This document shows positions 32,049 to 33,743 of a stretch of 33,743 nucleotides of DNA, in pieces. The translations under genes and the position numbers were made by a program. Location: the NCBI GenBank assembly GCA_020853455.1, contig JADYYV010000185.1:1-33743 (forward strand). The letters run 5' to 3'. The notes under the pieces were generated by a model that did not search any database, was not told the DNA's origin, and worked only from the letters and a program-made list of their open reading frames with translations. Position 1 is the stretch's first letter. Each line of letters opens with the position of its first letter. This stretch comes from Alphaproteobacteria bacterium (GTDB taxonomy: Bacteria; Pseudomonadota; Alphaproteobacteria; Micavibrionales; UBA2020).

Positions 32049-33743
32049 TTACTCCGTTGACAAGGCAGCGACGGGATCAAGGCGCGCGGCCTTCCTCGCT
32101 GGAAGATAGCCGAAAACAAGGCCGGTTAAAACAGCAGAACTGAAGGCCAGTATGGGCGGCAGGGGCGCAAAATTGACGTCCACTTCGAACAACGACACCG
32201 CCCAGCCGGCCCCAAAGCCCAAAGACAGCCCCAAAAGCCCGCCGATGATGCAGACGACGGCCGCCTCGATATTGAATTGCAGCATAATATCGCGCATCCG
32301 GGCGCCGGTTGCCATGCGGATGCCGATTTCCCGCGTGCGTTCGGTCACGCTGACCAGCATGATATTCATGACCCCGATGCCGCCCACCAGCAGCGATATG
32401 GCGGCAACCGCCCCCAGCAGGATGGTGAGGGTATTTTGCGCCGTGGTCGCCATTTCGATAAAAGAAGCCGAATTCATGACGTTGAAATCGACGGTGCGGT
32501 GGCGTGCGGTCAGCAGCTGCGTGATTGCGTCCTGCGTTTCCTGCATCGCGTCCATGTCGGATACCTTGACGCTGATGCTGTTCACGTAATTGCCGCCGAC
32601 AAGGCGCACAAGGCCGGTATTCAGCGGCACAAACACCGCGTCGTCCTGGTCGCCGCCCCAGGGCATCGAGCCTTTTTTCTTTAAAATGCCGATGACTTCG
32701 AAGGGGATGTTTTTCACCAGCATGTATTTGCCGATGGGGTCTTCCTCGTTCGGAAATATTTTGCCGATGATCGTCTGGCCGATCACGGCGACCGACGCGT
32801 TGCCCTGCATATCGCGGTCGGTGAAGAAATTGCCGCTTTCAATATCCCAGTTGCGCGTGGCGGGCATCGACGGGCTGACGGCGGAAACCGATGTCGCGTA
32901 ATCGAGATTGCCAAAGCGCAAGGTCTGCCGCCCGCGCCGCTCCGACGTCACGGCCTCGACATTCGGCAGTTCCCCGATGGCTTCGGCGTCGTCGGGCGTC
33001 AGCGTCACGATATCGCCGCCGCCCCTGAAACCGGCCATGCCGGGCGACACAAGGATGACGTTCGTGCCCATCGAATTGATCTGGTTCAAAACCTTCTGCT
33101 TGCTGCCGTCCCCGATCGCCATCATGGTCACGACGGCGGCGACGCCGATGATGATGCCAAGCAGCGTCAGCATGGTGCGGAACACGTTCGCGCGCAGCGC
33201 GCGGAAAGCGGTTTTAAAGGACTCGCCCATTTCGGTCAGCAGGCCGGGTGTGCGCGACAGGCGGATATTGGCGGGCGGCGCATCGCCGCCGCGATCGACC
33301 GCGCCTGAATCGCTGGCAATCACGCCGTCATGGATGCGGATGATACGGCGGGCGTTTTGCGCCACTTTTTCGTCGTGGGTAATCAGGATGATCGTGCGGC
33401 CTTCGGCATGAAGCTTTTTCAAAAGCTCCATCACTTCGTGACCACTCTGGCTGTCGAGCGCGCCGGTGGGTTCGTCCGCCAGTATCACGGGCGGATCGTT
33501 CATCAGCGCGCGCGCAATCGCCACGCGCTGCTGCTGCCCGCCCGATAATTCGCCGGGGCGGTGGTCGAGCCGGTTGCCCATGCCCAGCTGAGAGAGCAAA
33601 ACCGCCGACCGTTCCAGCCGCTCGCCCTTGGTCATGCCGTCATAGACGCCGGGAATTTCCACGTTTTCCTGCGCGGTTGCGGTCTTGAGCAGGTTATAAC
33701 GCTGGAACACGAAACCGAATGTCTTGCGGCGCAAATTCGCCAG
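32049..33743 (-). CDS. macB: MacB-type ABC efflux ATPase/permease fusion, N-terminus cut by the window edge
   Basis: The frame is open to the window end (...[19 protein letters not shown]). [15 protein letters not shown], Walker [13 protein letters not shown], then a periplasmic domain and a C-terminal FtsX-type four-TM permease. The Walker A region lies outside the window. Confidence 0.9.
   Translation of the reverse strand: MANLRRKTFGFVFQRYNLLKTATAQENVEIPGVYDGMTKGERLERSAVLLSQLGMGNRLDHRPGELSGGQQQRVAIARALMNDPPVILADEPTGALDSQSGHEVMELLKKLHAEGRTIILITHDEKVAQNARRIIRIHDGVIASDSGAVDRGGDAPPANIRLSRTPGLLTEMGESFKTAFRALRANVFRTMLTLLGIIIGVAAVVTMMAIGDGSKQKVLNQINSMGTNVILVSPGMAGFRGGGDIVTLTPDDAEAIGELPNVEAVTSERRGRQTLRFGNLDYATSVSAVSPSMPATRNWDIESGNFFTDRDMQGNASVAVIGQTIIGKIFPNEEDPIGKYMLVKNIPFEVIGILKKKGSMPWGGDQDDAVFVPLNTGLVRLVGGNYVNSISVKVSDMDAMQETQDAITQLLTARHRTVDFNVMNSASFIEMATTAQNTLTILLGAVAAISLLVGGIGVMNIMLVSVTERTREIGIRMATGARMRDIMLQFNIEAAVVCIIGGLLGLSLGFGAGWAVSLFEVDVNFAPLPPILAFSSAVLTGLVFGYLPARKAARLDPVAALSTE

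Overview
GC-rich, gene-dense bacterial chromosomal window. The protein families look alphaproteobacterial, but that is an impression, not a computed assignment. I can support 37 protein-coding genes, two of them cut by the window edges. I found no rRNA or tRNA, no CRISPR array and no transposase or integrase. Blocks from left to right: (1) an HExxH protein fragment, a nitronate-monooxygenase-like flavoenzyme, a secreted esterase and a secreted Cys-rich protein. (2) An eight-gene, translationally coupled minus-strand operon for kynurenine -> 3-hydroxyanthranilate -> 2-aminomuconate: atypical SDR, ALDH, RidA, nbaC, ACMSD, a cyclase-family formamidase candidate, kynU and kmo. (3) An accessory-looking patch bounded by AT-rich spacers: a PIN toxin/antitoxin pair, an orphan 80-aa protein, a coupled pair of PQQ-like beta-propeller membrane protein plus orphan PEP-utiliser swivel-domain protein, and a DCC-family thiol oxidoreductase. 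(4) Ten co-directional minus-strand genes: an ABC-2 exporter (ATPase plus two paralogous double-size permeases), CheY, a CheX-like protein, a degenerate EAL-like protein, a REC-histidine kinase, a CheY-like protein and an OmpR-type regulator. (5) potABC, two tandem PotD/F-like binding proteins, a saccharopine-dehydrogenase-like gene, a convergent DUF4166-like gene and an ArsR-type regulator. (6) A NodT-type outer-membrane lipoprotein and macB (partial). The best candidates for something undescribed are the propeller + orphan phosphohistidine-swivel pair (12222-14698) and the ABC-2 exporter joined to a sensor-less CheY/CheX/EAL-like/phosphorelay array (15245-23533). All family calls come from motif recognition by eye. 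No database search was run.
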